A stretch of 64,000 nt of DNA from the IMG/VR virus record IMGVR_UViG_3300035208_003134, positions 33,891-97,890 of that record; one strand, 5' to 3'. Below, piece after piece: positions 40,094-48,888 of the stretch. Position 1 is the first letter of the stretch. Each line of letters opens with the position of its first letter. Position numbers and translations under genes: made by a program. Under the pieces are notes generated by a model. That model had not been told where the DNA came from. It saw nothing but the letters and a program-made list of their open reading frames with translations, and made no database searches. The stretch comes from a virus (lineage: Duplodnaviria > Caudoviricetes).

Positions 40094-40525
40094 ATGGCAC
40101 TGATGTTGAAATCTCTGAACCGGCTGTATAAAGACCGAGTAAGCCGGATTGATAAGTTTGGTAAATTTGGTAAGTTTGAAGAGGAAAAGCACCCCAGAGA
40201 TGCTTCCGGAAAGTGGGCTACTGGGGGTGAAGGTGGAGCAGGCGGTACGGCTGAAAGCTCAAGTACCGAAAGCTCCGGAATTCCAAAGTTCAAGAACACC
40301 AACGAAGCCTTTGCCTACGGCGAGAAGTTTGCGGACGACCCAGGGAAGCTGAAAGCCTTGCAGGTTGAAAGGGAGAGGTTGCTCGCAGAGACAGCTAAGA
40401 TTAGGGAAGGTGGGGAAGAGGTAACGATGGCGGACTTGCAGCGGGGTATGGACATTGCGACTAAAGCACAGTTTATGCGCGAGGCTTTAGAAGCTGCAAA
40501 CCGGAAAGCCCAAACACGCAGGTAA
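40094..40525 (+). CDS. Putative head-associated protein (leader A + KHPR module)
   Basis: MLKSLNRLYKDR...KFEEEKHPRDASGKW. Confidence 0.6.
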   Translation: MALMLKSLNRLYKDRVSRIDKFGKFGKFEEEKHPRDASGKWATGGEGGAGGTAESSSTESSGIPKFKNTNEAFAYGEKFADDPGKLKALQVERERLLAETAKIREGGEEVTMADLQRGMDIATKAQFMREALEAANRKAQTRR

Positions 40526-40539
40526 GTTAGGAGCTTTTT

Positions 40540-40959
40540 ATGAGTGAAGTTCAAGAAAAAGTAGAGAATATTAAGAAGATGCAGAGGACAGTTGACGACC
40601 TTCTAAAAGCCGGAGAGCTCCACCTATGCAACGGTTGCCTTAAGATAGGGGAAGGAGCAGGCGTGGTAAAGAGCATCTACTCAAATGGGATTACAGTCAA
40701 CATTACGAATTTTAAAGTTAAAGGCGCGGTTTACCCTGCGCATTGTCATCCGGACTCACAGCAGATACTTATATGCACCCGTGGTGCATTTGTCATAACC
40801 TTTGAAAATATGCAAGCTCGCTCCGTACACCCAGGGGAAGTGTGCGTGTTGAAGCCTAAGGAGATGCATACATTACAAACAATTGAAGACGACACCGAGA
40901 CTGTTGATGTGTGTGTTCCCAGAGAAAAGGCTTATCAACTTGGAGTAACAGCAAAATGA
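40540..40959 (+). CDS. Cupin-domain protein
   Basis: PAHCH...Q...G...PGE......H cupin motifs. Confidence 0.75.
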   Translation: MSEVQEKVENIKKMQRTVDDLLKAGELHLCNGCLKIGEGAGVVKSIYSNGITVNITNFKVKGAVYPAHCHPDSQQILICTRGAFVITFENMQARSVHPGEVCVLKPKEMHTLQTIEDDTETVDVCVPREKAYQLGVTAK

Positions 40960-41342
40960 GCGAGATAACTAAGGAAGAACTTCTCTTGATGTTGGATGTT
41001 CAAGGGAAGAATGTGGCGCAGATGACCATTGTAGCCGAGCAGTTGAAATCCTTAGCCGAGACTAATAAGACAATCGTGGCTAAGCTAACCAATGGTATGG
41101 CTTCAGACCTTAAGAGCGTTAAGAACGCGGTCTGCGGTTCGGAGAACGAAACTGGGATTTTAAAGACTGTAAAGAGCATCCAATACAATTCTAAGAAGTC
41201 TGCGATGTATGTAGGGTTTATCGCAGGTGCAGTTGCAGTCTCTTTAGCCGTTATGCAATTTGTGTATTGGGTAATTCATAAAAACGAAGTACCTAAAATA
41301 AAGAGCAATATTAATATTGAGGAAATAGTCCAACCTAAGTAG
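40956..41342 (+). CDS. Coiled-coil protein with C-terminal transmembrane helix (holin/XhlA-like candidate)
   Basis: Helical N-terminus and a hydrophobic segment near the C-terminus. Confidence 0.45.
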   Translation: MSEITKEELLLMLDVQGKNVAQMTIVAEQLKSLAETNKTIVAKLTNGMASDLKSVKNAVCGSENETGILKTVKSIQYNSKKSAMYVGFIAGAVAVSLAVMQFVYWVIHKNEVPKIKSNINIEEIVQPK

Positions 41343-41358
41343 TTGTAAGGAGGCTGAT

Positions 41359-42369
41359 ATGAACGACAGGGTAATAATATCAATAGAAAAGTTAAAAGAA
41401 CTTTGCCCTAAATGCGCTGAAAAGGTTACTAAGGGTACTTTGGCTAAAGGGTTGAAGTTAACCCAAGTATCCATAAGCAAGTCGGATTATGCGTGGCTTA
41501 TGATGAAACAGGACGAGCGGCCACCGAAAGCCTGGTTTGATAATTGCGTGAGTGCGGTAAGCCAAAAAGAGGGCGTGGACGACCCAGAAGCCCTGTGCGG
41601 TTGGATTTGGTATCACGGCGGCGGCCAAGACGAGGAAGCTGCCATTCCCGATACCGAGGACGCCATTGAAGCTGTAAGAGCTAAAATGCACGCTGATGAA
41701 TGCTTTGGCAAGCTCAAGAAAGATATTGAGACCGTGCTGTGCTGGAGAAAATTTGGCAAGACCTTAAACCCCGAACAGCAGGCTTTTGCCAATAGGGTTG
41801 CCGATGAAATGATTGGCTTTAGGGTAGCCAAACAGGTCGGAATACAGCTCGTGAGCGGAGATAACATCCGCTTCATTAAAAAAGGTATGCAGCCCACCCA
41901 AGAGTCTAACGCTGTAGCAGGTATCACCCAAGATGCCGTGGCTAACGGACCGGCTAAGGACGGTAAATTTCCAAGAAAAACCAAAGAGCAAGTCAATCTG
42001 GATAAGGTTGATAAGCCTAAAGGTGACAAGCAGCCTGCCTTAAAGGAGTCGGCTCCTGAGTCCGGCAACTTGCCAAAGAAGACTCCGGACATCAAAAGTA
42101 TTAAGGTTGTTTCTCCTATTAAGGAAGGAGAAGTTACTGACACCTGCGCAGACGAGAAGATAGGGCATCACCCTGAACTGCCTATGCCGAAAAAGACTGC
42201 AGAAGAGCTGATTGCCAATGCTGAGTGGGGCGTGGAAATTGGGGCATACACCAACGTTAAGGAAGGTGTTGACCGGCAGCTCGGCAGGAAAGAGTATCAG
42301 GAATTCATTGATACTGATGAGAAGCTCAAATCAGTCCTTGCGTACTTAAAAGAAATAACCAAGGAGTAA
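41359..42369 (+). CDS. Hypothetical modular head-region protein
   Basis: AGGAGG RBS; CPKC; WFDNCV...DDPEALCGW module. Confidence 0.6.
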   Translation: MNDRVIISIEKLKELCPKCAEKVTKGTLAKGLKLTQVSISKSDYAWLMMKQDERPPKAWFDNCVSAVSQKEGVDDPEALCGWIWYHGGGQDEEAAIPDTEDAIEAVRAKMHADECFGKLKKDIETVLCWRKFGKTLNPEQQAFANRVADEMIGFRVAKQVGIQLVSGDNIRFIKKGMQPTQESNAVAGITQDAVANGPAKDGKFPRKTKEQVNLDKVDKPKGDKQPALKESAPESGNLPKKTPDIKSIKVVSPIKEGEVTDTCADEKIGHHPELPMPKKTAEELIANAEWGVEIGAYTNVKEGVDRQLGRKEYQEFIDTDEKLKSVLAYLKEITKE

Positions 42370-42381
42370 CGGAGGAGTATA

Positions 42382-42543
42382 ATGACAAAAATAATTACAA
42401 TCGTCAAGAACGGCAAAAGGGTGGATATGCCCATAGAAAAGTTCCAGAAAGTTCTGGAAGATGTGCAGTCCAAGGTAGAGAAGAAAGAGGAGAACCCCGT
42501 CAAGGTTAAAAAGGATACTGACGAGGGAAGCGAAGCGAGGTAA
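42382..42543 (+). CDS. Small protein consisting mainly of leader B; not in the ORF track
   Basis: GGAGGAG RBS; MTKIITIVKNGKRVDMPIEKFQK... Confidence 0.6.
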   Translation: MTKIITIVKNGKRVDMPIEKFQKVLEDVQSKVEKKEENPVKVKKDTDEGSEAR

Positions 42544-42746
42544 GATGGCAATTAAACATAAGATTATTTTTCCGGAAGTTGAGGGGTTCTCAAGGGAAGA
42601 ACTCCAGAAGGTTAAGACAAGAGCGAGCAAACTGGCAGAAGTCAAGGGCACTAACCCGTCTTGGGTTAGGGTATACTTGAGGCTCGCAGACGCGGCTAAT
42701 GAGCTTGATGCTTATTTAGCCCGAAGTGAAGAAAGGAAGGACTAAG

Positions 42747-43148
42747 ATGAAGATTTGTTTATGGTGTGGTGCGACATCGGCTGACGATAAAGAAACTTGT
42801 CCAAAATGCGGTAGGGTAATCTACAAGGAAAAGCCAGTTTCAGCGCCGATACCTGAACCCTTACCGAACCCAGACATAGAGGCTGGCGCTCAAGTGGAAA
42901 AGGTGGACGGACTGAAAGAGTTTCCGGTTGAAGGTTCGGTAACTGAAACTCCGGTAATAGCACCAGTTCAATCAGAAGCAGTAAATGAGACTGCTGAAAA
43001 AATAGAACCAGTAGTGCCGGTAGAACCAACAGAACCGGTTGCACCTGTGGCAGAACCCGTGGCGGAGAAACCGGCTGAAGTTACTGCCGAGGCTCCGGTC
43101 CCGGTTCCGGCAACAGAACAAGATACATCTACTCCACCTAAGGAGTAA
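42747..43148 (+). CDS. Zinc-ribbon protein with Pro/Glu-rich tail
   Basis: CLWCG...CPKCG followed by low-complexity P/E/V/A sequence. Confidence 0.6.
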   Translation: MKICLWCGATSADDKETCPKCGRVIYKEKPVSAPIPEPLPNPDIEAGAQVEKVDGLKEFPVEGSVTETPVIAPVQSEAVNETAEKIEPVVPVEPTEPVAPVAEPVAEKPAEVTAEAPVPVPATEQDTSTPPKE

Positions 43149-43184
43149 GTTATTAACATAGATTAGCTAAACGGGAGGTTTAAA

Positions 43185-44111
43185 ATGCTAAATCTAAGAG
43201 ACATTTTCACAACTGGAAGACTAAAAGACTCGGCGTTTGTGGGGATTATCCTTGGAGACCACAACCAAAATGACGGTGTGAATTTTTCAAGGAATATAAT
43301 GGTAATCAATGTAGCCACAAATCCTGCGGCTGCAGAGACTATCGTGGTCGGTTACGGTACTTACACCTTCAGGGCTACGCCGACAGTAGCGCGAGAAATT
43401 AAGATAGGAAACATCTTAAGCAACGGCGATTTTGCGGCCGGAGACAACGGGGTTTGGGGTGGACAGAACTGGGTCGTGGATGCAACTGGGGCACTGCATA
43501 CAGCAGGAACTCCAATCGCAACCAACTCATTTGTTCAGTCTTTAGACCAAGTCTTGAACCCTGCGACCATAGCAGACCACAGCTATGTCTTAGGCTTTAC
43601 AATTAGCGGCTGTACTGCTGGTAGCGTCGTGCCTTATATCGGCGACACAGCAGGTACTTCCCGTAATGCAGACGGTGTGTATACTGCAGACACTATCGTA
43701 GCCGCAACGACCGGTCATTTAAGGTTTGTGCCTTCTGCTGACTTTGACGGCAAAATCAGTGCTGTTACAGTTACCGACGCAGCGGCCGACTTAAGAGCTT
43801 TGACTGCACAGGCGATTGCAGATATGATTAATTCCGACCAGTCGCAGTCGCTCTGTACTGCCTATGTGGGGTATGATAAAGTAGGTTTGACCTCCGAAGT
43901 CTTGGTGGTTGCCAATGAAATCGGGATTACCCCAACTTTCACTGCAGACGGCGTGAAGGTCGTGGATGCAATAGCCTTTACTGACACTTTGACCGAAGCA
44001 CAGCTTGAGACGGTTAATTATTTCAAGAAGAACATAACCTCTGAAGCTGATGTCAAGCCCACAGTGTTGGTGGAAAGGAATGCAGGAACGGACAAGAACT
44101 TCCTGTATTAA
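43185..44111 (+). CDS. Putative virion structural/decoration protein (paralog 1)
   Basis: Ala/Thr/Gly-rich beta-type sequence; shares N- and C-terminal motifs with the next gene. Confidence 0.55.
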   Translation: MLNLRDIFTTGRLKDSAFVGIILGDHNQNDGVNFSRNIMVINVATNPAAAETIVVGYGTYTFRATPTVAREIKIGNILSNGDFAAGDNGVWGGQNWVVDATGALHTAGTPIATNSFVQSLDQVLNPATIADHSYVLGFTISGCTAGSVVPYIGDTAGTSRNADGVYTADTIVAATTGHLRFVPSADFDGKISAVTVTDAAADLRALTAQAIADMINSDQSQSLCTAYVGYDKVGLTSEVLVVANEIGITPTFTADGVKVVDAIAFTDTLTEAQLETVNYFKKNITSEADVKPTVLVERNAGTDKNFLY

Positions 44112-44123
44112 GGAGGAATAAAT

Positions 44124-44696
44124 ATGGCAAAGATTAGGGAAAACGGGTTACTTTTAGACCCTAAGTGGCACGAAAGTCCGTTCGCAGGCATCCTGTTAGG
44201 GTTGCACGTTGGACATAATGGTGCGAAAGTCTCACATCCTATTATGACCATAAACATCGTGAACAACCCCTCTTTCGGGGAGACTTTCGGGATAGGGACA
44301 AAGACCTATATGTTCGTTGCCGTAGCTCCTGTGGGCGACCAAATTTTTCGTGGGGCGACCAAGGCTATTACAATAGCGAACATCATAGCCAAGATAAACG
44401 CTGACAGCAAGGCAGGCACTGGCTGTACAGCTTATGCAATAGGCAATGCAGACTTAATATTGCTTATTGACAACGTTGCAGAGGACAACTCGGCGTCCCC
44501 TACATTTACGGATAGCCTGCCAAACATAGCCGAAGACCAGTTCTGGATTAACGATATTCCAGACCATTGGCTGATAGATACAAACTACTTTGCGATTAAC
44601 CCTGCCACCGATACCGGCTCTATTTCGCCAATAACATTGGTAGAGCGGAAATACGGAGGACCAGGGTCGCCAAGCTATCAGAACTTCCTATACTAA
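44124..44696 (+). CDS. Putative virion structural/decoration protein (paralog 2)
   Basis: S.F.GI.LG.H, INxxxNP, LVER...NFLY shared with the previous gene. Confidence 0.55.
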   Translation: MAKIRENGLLLDPKWHESPFAGILLGLHVGHNGAKVSHPIMTINIVNNPSFGETFGIGTKTYMFVAVAPVGDQIFRGATKAITIANIIAKINADSKAGTGCTAYAIGNADLILLIDNVAEDNSASPTFTDSLPNIAEDQFWINDIPDHWLIDTNYFAINPATDTGSISPITLVERKYGGPGSPSYQNFLY

Positions 44697-44756
44697 TGGA
44701 AAGAGACCCTTGGTATAGCAAGAGAGGACCAGCGTGTTGAAAGAACGAGGTTACTG

Positions 44757-44996
44757 ATGACCAAAATAGTTTCCATTTGTAAAGAGGGTGTGCGGTACGA
44801 CATTCCTATGACTAAACAAGAGCCTTTAGCGGCCGACGAACCTGTAATCTCGCGCGGTGCTATCGTGTCCTTGAACGGTCATACCGGCAAGGTTCTTCAG
44901 ACAGAAGGCGACCGAGCGAGCGTGTCTTGGGAAGATGCCTCCATATCTGAAGTGCCGATTAAAGACCTGAAGTACGAAGGAAGGGTAGAAAGATGA
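44757..44996 (+). CDS. Leader B + SH3/KOW-like small domain
   Basis: MTKIVSICKEGVRYDIP; GAIV...TGKV......A.VSWED...EVP..DL. Confidence 0.55.
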   Translation: MTKIVSICKEGVRYDIPMTKQEPLAADEPVISRGAIVSLNGHTGKVLQTEGDRASVSWEDASISEVPIKDLKYEGRVER

Positions 44997-45265
44997 GCAA
45001 CTTGCTCTTGGTGTTTATGTTCTTGCTCTTCTTAATTCCCTCGTTGATATATAAGCAATATTTCTTGGCTCTTGCTTTTGTAATATTTGGGATTGTGTTC
45101 GGTTTGGTTGAGTATGCAGCCCACTTTTACACCGGCAAAACAGTAAGCCAAGAAATGTGGATATTAATAAAGGAGCACTCCTACAAAGGCTACACTATAA
45201 TTGGGTGTATGCTTTTAGGGTGGGTGTGCTTGCTTCTACACTTAGGAATGAGGTTTAAGAAATGA
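44993..45265 (+). CDS. Small multi-pass membrane protein (holin candidate)
   Basis: Three hydrophobic segments and a basic C-terminus. Confidence 0.5.
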   Translation: MSNLLLVFMFLLFLIPSLIYKQYFLALAFVIFGIVFGLVEYAAHFYTGKTVSQEMWILIKEHSYKGYTIIGCMLLGWVCLLLHLGMRFKK

Positions 45266-45432
45266 TGACGAAGACTTTTTGGCTCCACGCATTAGGTTAT
45301 GCTTGCTTGGCGTTTAGTGTGATAGGCTTTATTGATGTTGGAATTGAGTTCTTCAAGGCTCAAGCCTATACTTTGCTAAGAGCGTTAATCTATTGCTTAG
45401 TGTTTGGAGTAGGTTTAGCTCTTTTGATTTGA
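45262..45432 (+). CDS. Small two-TM membrane protein; not in the ORF track
   Basis: MMTKTFWLHALGYACLAFSVIG...LIYCLVFGVGLALLI; ATGA overlap with the upstream gene. Confidence 0.5.
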   Translation: MMTKTFWLHALGYACLAFSVIGFIDVGIEFFKAQAYTLLRALIYCLVFGVGLALLI

Positions 45433-45554
45433 CGGCGGATTATTGACCAAATAGGTAGTCTGCGGTATCCGTATGGAAGCAGCTACCAGCACATTGGTAA
45501 CTACAGGGACACATTCACCTACGCTGATGCGTAATGAAAGCCTCTACCGCCGTC
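45431..45554 (+). ncRNA. Putative structured intergenic RNA
   Basis: Closing stem GACGGCGG/CCGCCGTC; internal GGTAG(T)CTGC/GCAGCTACC, ACCAA/TTGGT, TACGC-TGAT-GCGTA. Confidence 0.4.
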
Positions 45555-45620
45555 GTCTTCATAAAATAAAGGAAAAGATGGACATACTTGAGGAAATGAG
45601 ATAATGGATAAAGGATATTA

Positions 45621-46256
45621 ATGAAGGTCGTAACCTTAATTCATAAAGGAAAAGTACAAACAATTTCCATTGAAGACCTGAAGAAGATTAAAGTTGAACT
45701 TACTCAGGCTTGGGAAGGCATTTGCCGGAAATGTGGCAAATGTTGCTTTGATAAATCCATCAACCCGAACGGCGTGGTTTACATCAACTACGCTAAGCCT
45801 TGTGAGCATTTGAAATTTTTAGGAAAAAGAGCCGAATGCAAGGTGTACTCTGACAGGTTTGTCAAGTGTGAAGTATGCCAAACGATACCGGAAGCTATAC
45901 ACAAAAAGTATTTGCCAGCTGATTGCCCTTATGTCAAGTCTGTACCGGCTTACAAAGCTCCGGTTGACAACGGTGAGTGGTATAAAAGGGCAAGGATGAA
46001 GATGGCAAAGATTAACAGCGAGCAGTACTCTGGCGGAGACCAACCGACTGGCGGAACACGTAATATGCCAGCAGCACCGCCGCCAAGGGTTACGGCTTTA
46101 GAAAGCCAGAGCCCTTCAAGGGAACATATGCCGGAGTGGAAACGAAGGAAAATAGAGAGAGCTCGTGCTAAGAGGGGTGGTCCAGTGGGGATTTTAGACC
46201 CAAGGGAAAAGACCAATTATAACATCAAGCCGAGCGGCCACGCAGGTGGTGGCTAA
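45621..46256 (+). CDS. Leader B + YcgN/YkgJ-like CxxCxxCC cysteine-cluster protein
   Basis: WEGICRKCGKCC...PC...CKVY..RF...C...LP.DCPY. Confidence 0.7.
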   Translation: MKVVTLIHKGKVQTISIEDLKKIKVELTQAWEGICRKCGKCCFDKSINPNGVVYINYAKPCEHLKFLGKRAECKVYSDRFVKCEVCQTIPEAIHKKYLPADCPYVKSVPAYKAPVDNGEWYKRARMKMAKINSEQYSGGDQPTGGTRNMPAAPPPRVTALESQSPSREHMPEWKRRKIERARAKRGGPVGILDPREKTNYNIKPSGHAGGG

Positions 46257-46284
46257 GACGAAGACCGAAGACAAGGAGAACTAA

Positions 46285-48192
46285 ATGGGATTGCTACAGC
46301 AAATCGTAAGCAGGACAATTTCACCGGTGGCAAAAGCCTTAAACAGGCAAATTGGTATTAGAGGGGCAGAACCGCGCAAGGGAAATTTCCAGTGGATGTC
46401 GGGTCTTCCTTCTAAAAAGGTACAGAAGCCTATTGTAGTTAATGCTCTGACCTTGAAGAGCTTGTCTAATACCGACCCGATTACCTGGTCTATTAAAAAG
46501 ACGCGCAAGAACCAAATTACAGGTACTGATTGGGACATTGTGCCGGACACCGAACAGATAGAGCTGGAGCTTGACCGTTGGTATAATGTTATTATGAATA
46601 ACCTAAACCCTTGGGGCTTTGAGGAAGTCTTTCATCCTATCCTGATTAACAGGGACTTATACCTTAAAGCCTCTAATGATATCAAAAGCATCCTTAAAAC
46701 GTCTGTTACTCCCCCAATGAACCCTTTAAAAGCAAAACTAACTGGCGTTTCGCAGACTCCGGTTATAAATAAGGATGACCGAAAGAAACAGGTTAAGTGG
46801 TATTTTGAAAGCTTAAAGCGCAAGGTCAAACAGGACGCCAATGAGCACGCCCAAATAGTCAAGCGCTTGTTTGATAGACCTAATGACAGTGAGACTCGTA
46901 CTTTCCGCGCGTTTTTGGAGGTCTTGCTTGACGATATCTTGACCTTTGACGCCGGTGTTATAGTCAAGAATAAGAATGCCCTTGGTGAGATTGCCGAGAT
47001 GTACTTGATACCTGGGCAGGATGTAAAGCTTTACCGAAACCCAGACCGGACAATTCCTAATGCCCCAGAGCCTGCGTATGTTTGGGAGGACCAGGGAATT
47101 TTAAGGGCGGAGTATACTAAGGATGAAATAGTTTACATTATGGACAATCCGCAACAGAACGGCTATGGGATGAGCCCTCTGGAGGTTGCGGCCTACATAA
47201 TCACAGCTTCACTTTACGCCGATGAGTACAACATAGATTTCTTTAAGCATTCCAATGTGCCGCCTGCCATTGTAAACTTAGGAAAGAATATTACGCAGGA
47301 ACAGCGCAAGCAGTTTGAGGTCTTGTGGGATAATGAAGTTGCAGGCAAAGGTCTGCATAGGATGATGTTCATTTCTGGGGCAGATACCCCACAGTACCTT
47401 GCAATGCGCAATATGTCGTCTCGTGATATGCAAATGATGGAGTACTTGAAATGGACGCTTTCGGTAAAGTGCGCCTGCTATCAGATTTCACCTCAAGACA
47501 TCGGCTTTGTTATGGATTTTCACCGGACAACCTCGGTAGTTCAGAAAGAGCTTACTAAGGATAAAGGCGTTAAAAACTTGTTGTTCTTACTCAAGACCTA
47601 TTTTAATACTGAAATCGTCAAGAAGGAATTCCCCTTCAAAGATGTTAAGTTTGATTGGATGGGTATTGACCTGCAGGACGAGAAGACCCAAGCCGAAATT
47701 GATATTAATGATATCAATACGGGGGTAATTTCAAGAAATGATAGAAGGAGACGCTTAGGTCTGGCTGCTATGGAAGGTGGGGATACGATTGTGGTTAACT
47801 TAGGGGCACAAGGGTATGTTACGCTTGATAAGTTAATCCCACCTGAAGAGTCTATTGAGGGCGAGCAGCCGTTAGAGGGTGCATTAAAGGAGAAAGAGGA
47901 CGCCGGCACCGAGACTAACTTAGATGAGAAAAAGGATGAGGCTATGGAAGATACGGTTGACCGGACTACAGACCCAAATGCTAAAAAGCCGTTGTTTCCC
48001 AGAGCCAAACCTAAGCCAGCACCGGGACCGGAGCCTGCTGTAGCAGAAAAGCCTTTAACCGACAAGGATAAAGGAAAATTAGTCCGGATGATTGTTAACT
48101 ATTCGTCTCAAGATAAGATTTCCAAGGCTATGGACGCCCTAAAAGAACAAGGGCTCGGCGAGAACGAAGTTAAGATTACTTTAGAGGAGTAA
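46285..48192 (+). CDS. Portal protein
   Basis: DILTFDAG, EIVYI..NP....YGMSPLE, FFKHSNVPP, DMQ..E, RNDRR..LGL..MEGGD. Confidence 0.9.
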   Translation: MGLLQQIVSRTISPVAKALNRQIGIRGAEPRKGNFQWMSGLPSKKVQKPIVVNALTLKSLSNTDPITWSIKKTRKNQITGTDWDIVPDTEQIELELDRWYNVIMNNLNPWGFEEVFHPILINRDLYLKASNDIKSILKTSVTPPMNPLKAKLTGVSQTPVINKDDRKKQVKWYFESLKRKVKQDANEHAQIVKRLFDRPNDSETRTFRAFLEVLLDDILTFDAGVIVKNKNALGEIAEMYLIPGQDVKLYRNPDRTIPNAPEPAYVWEDQGILRAEYTKDEIVYIMDNPQQNGYGMSPLEVAAYIITASLYADEYNIDFFKHSNVPPAIVNLGKNITQEQRKQFEVLWDNEVAGKGLHRMMFISGADTPQYLAMRNMSSRDMQMMEYLKWTLSVKCACYQISPQDIGFVMDFHRTTSVVQKELTKDKGVKNLLFLLKTYFNTEIVKKEFPFKDVKFDWMGIDLQDEKTQAEIDINDINTGVISRNDRRRRLGLAAMEGGDTIVVNLGAQGYVTLDKLIPPEESIEGEQPLEGALKEKEDAGTETNLDEKKDEAMEDTVDRTTDPNAKKPLFPRAKPKPAPGPEPAVAEKPLTDKDKGKLVRMIVNYSSQDKISKAMDALKEQGLGENEVKITLEE

Positions 48193-48507
48193 ATGCTTAA
48201 ATCGGTCGGGCAGCTTTATAAAGATAGGTTAGACAAGAATGTTACTAAGAGGTCAACCGACCCCTATAAAGTTGATATTCACCTTGAAGGAAATGAAGAG
48301 GGCGTGAAGAGGATTTTGAAGTTGATTGATTTGTTGCATTACAATGGCAACATAGGGCATAGCGGACAATGGTGGATTTCTTTTGACGGAGACGGCTCGG
48401 ATAAAGTTGATATGGTTACAAAAGAGGATGTTGATGCCATTAAAACAGACGGAGTAGGTGAGGTTTCTTATTCAGATATGCAACACGCAAGCAGTAAAAA
48501 GGAGTAA
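48193..48507 (+). CDS. Leader A + hypothetical domain
   Basis: MLKSVGQLYKDR; GNIGHS...FDGDG. Confidence 0.6.
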   Translation: MLKSVGQLYKDRLDKNVTKRSTDPYKVDIHLEGNEEGVKRILKLIDLLHYNGNIGHSGQWWISFDGDGSDKVDMVTKEDVDAIKTDGVGEVSYSDMQHASSKKE

Positions 48508-48510
48508 CTA

Positions 48511-48888
48511 ATGGGGCAGAAATATATACTTGTCGGCGGCAACAAATCAAAAATGACGCAGGTTGTAATGAATAAAGTTGACTTCGGTACTCCTTATAAG
48601 GGAAATTTGAGCGACAGGAAATTATTGCCTACGGAACTTGTTAGGGCATTAAGGTTTTCAATCGCCGCAGAATATGAGGCAATACAGCTTTATACCCAGC
48701 TGGCAGAGTCCACTATTGATAACCCTGACGTTGTTAAAGTATTTGAAGACATAGCCAGAGAAGAAAAGGTGCACGTTGGGGAGTTTATGGCTTTGTTGAA
48801 GAAGTTAGACCCAGATGAGCAAGTTGCTTATGAAGAGGGTGAAGAGGAAATTAAAGATATAGTGGGGAAATGCCTTAAAGGAAAATGA
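48511..48888 (+). CDS. Encapsulin-associated-type ferritin-like (EncFtn/Flp, half-rubrerythrin) protein
   Basis: RKL...ELVRALRFSIAAEYEAIQLY.QLAE...DIAREEKVHVGEF..LL..LDPDE. Confidence 0.85.
   Translation: MGQKYILVGGNKSKMTQVVMNKVDFGTPYKGNLSDRKLLPTELVRALRFSIAAEYEAIQLYTQLAESTIDNPDVVKVFEDIAREEKVHVGEFMALLKKLDPDEQVAYEEGEEEIKDIVGKCLKGK

Noticed and set aside
45515-45545. Hammerhead ribozyme core (CTGATG...GAAA)
   Set aside because: The sequence reads CTGATGC rather than CTGANGA, and the required stems do not form. The same applies to TGATGA near 2900.
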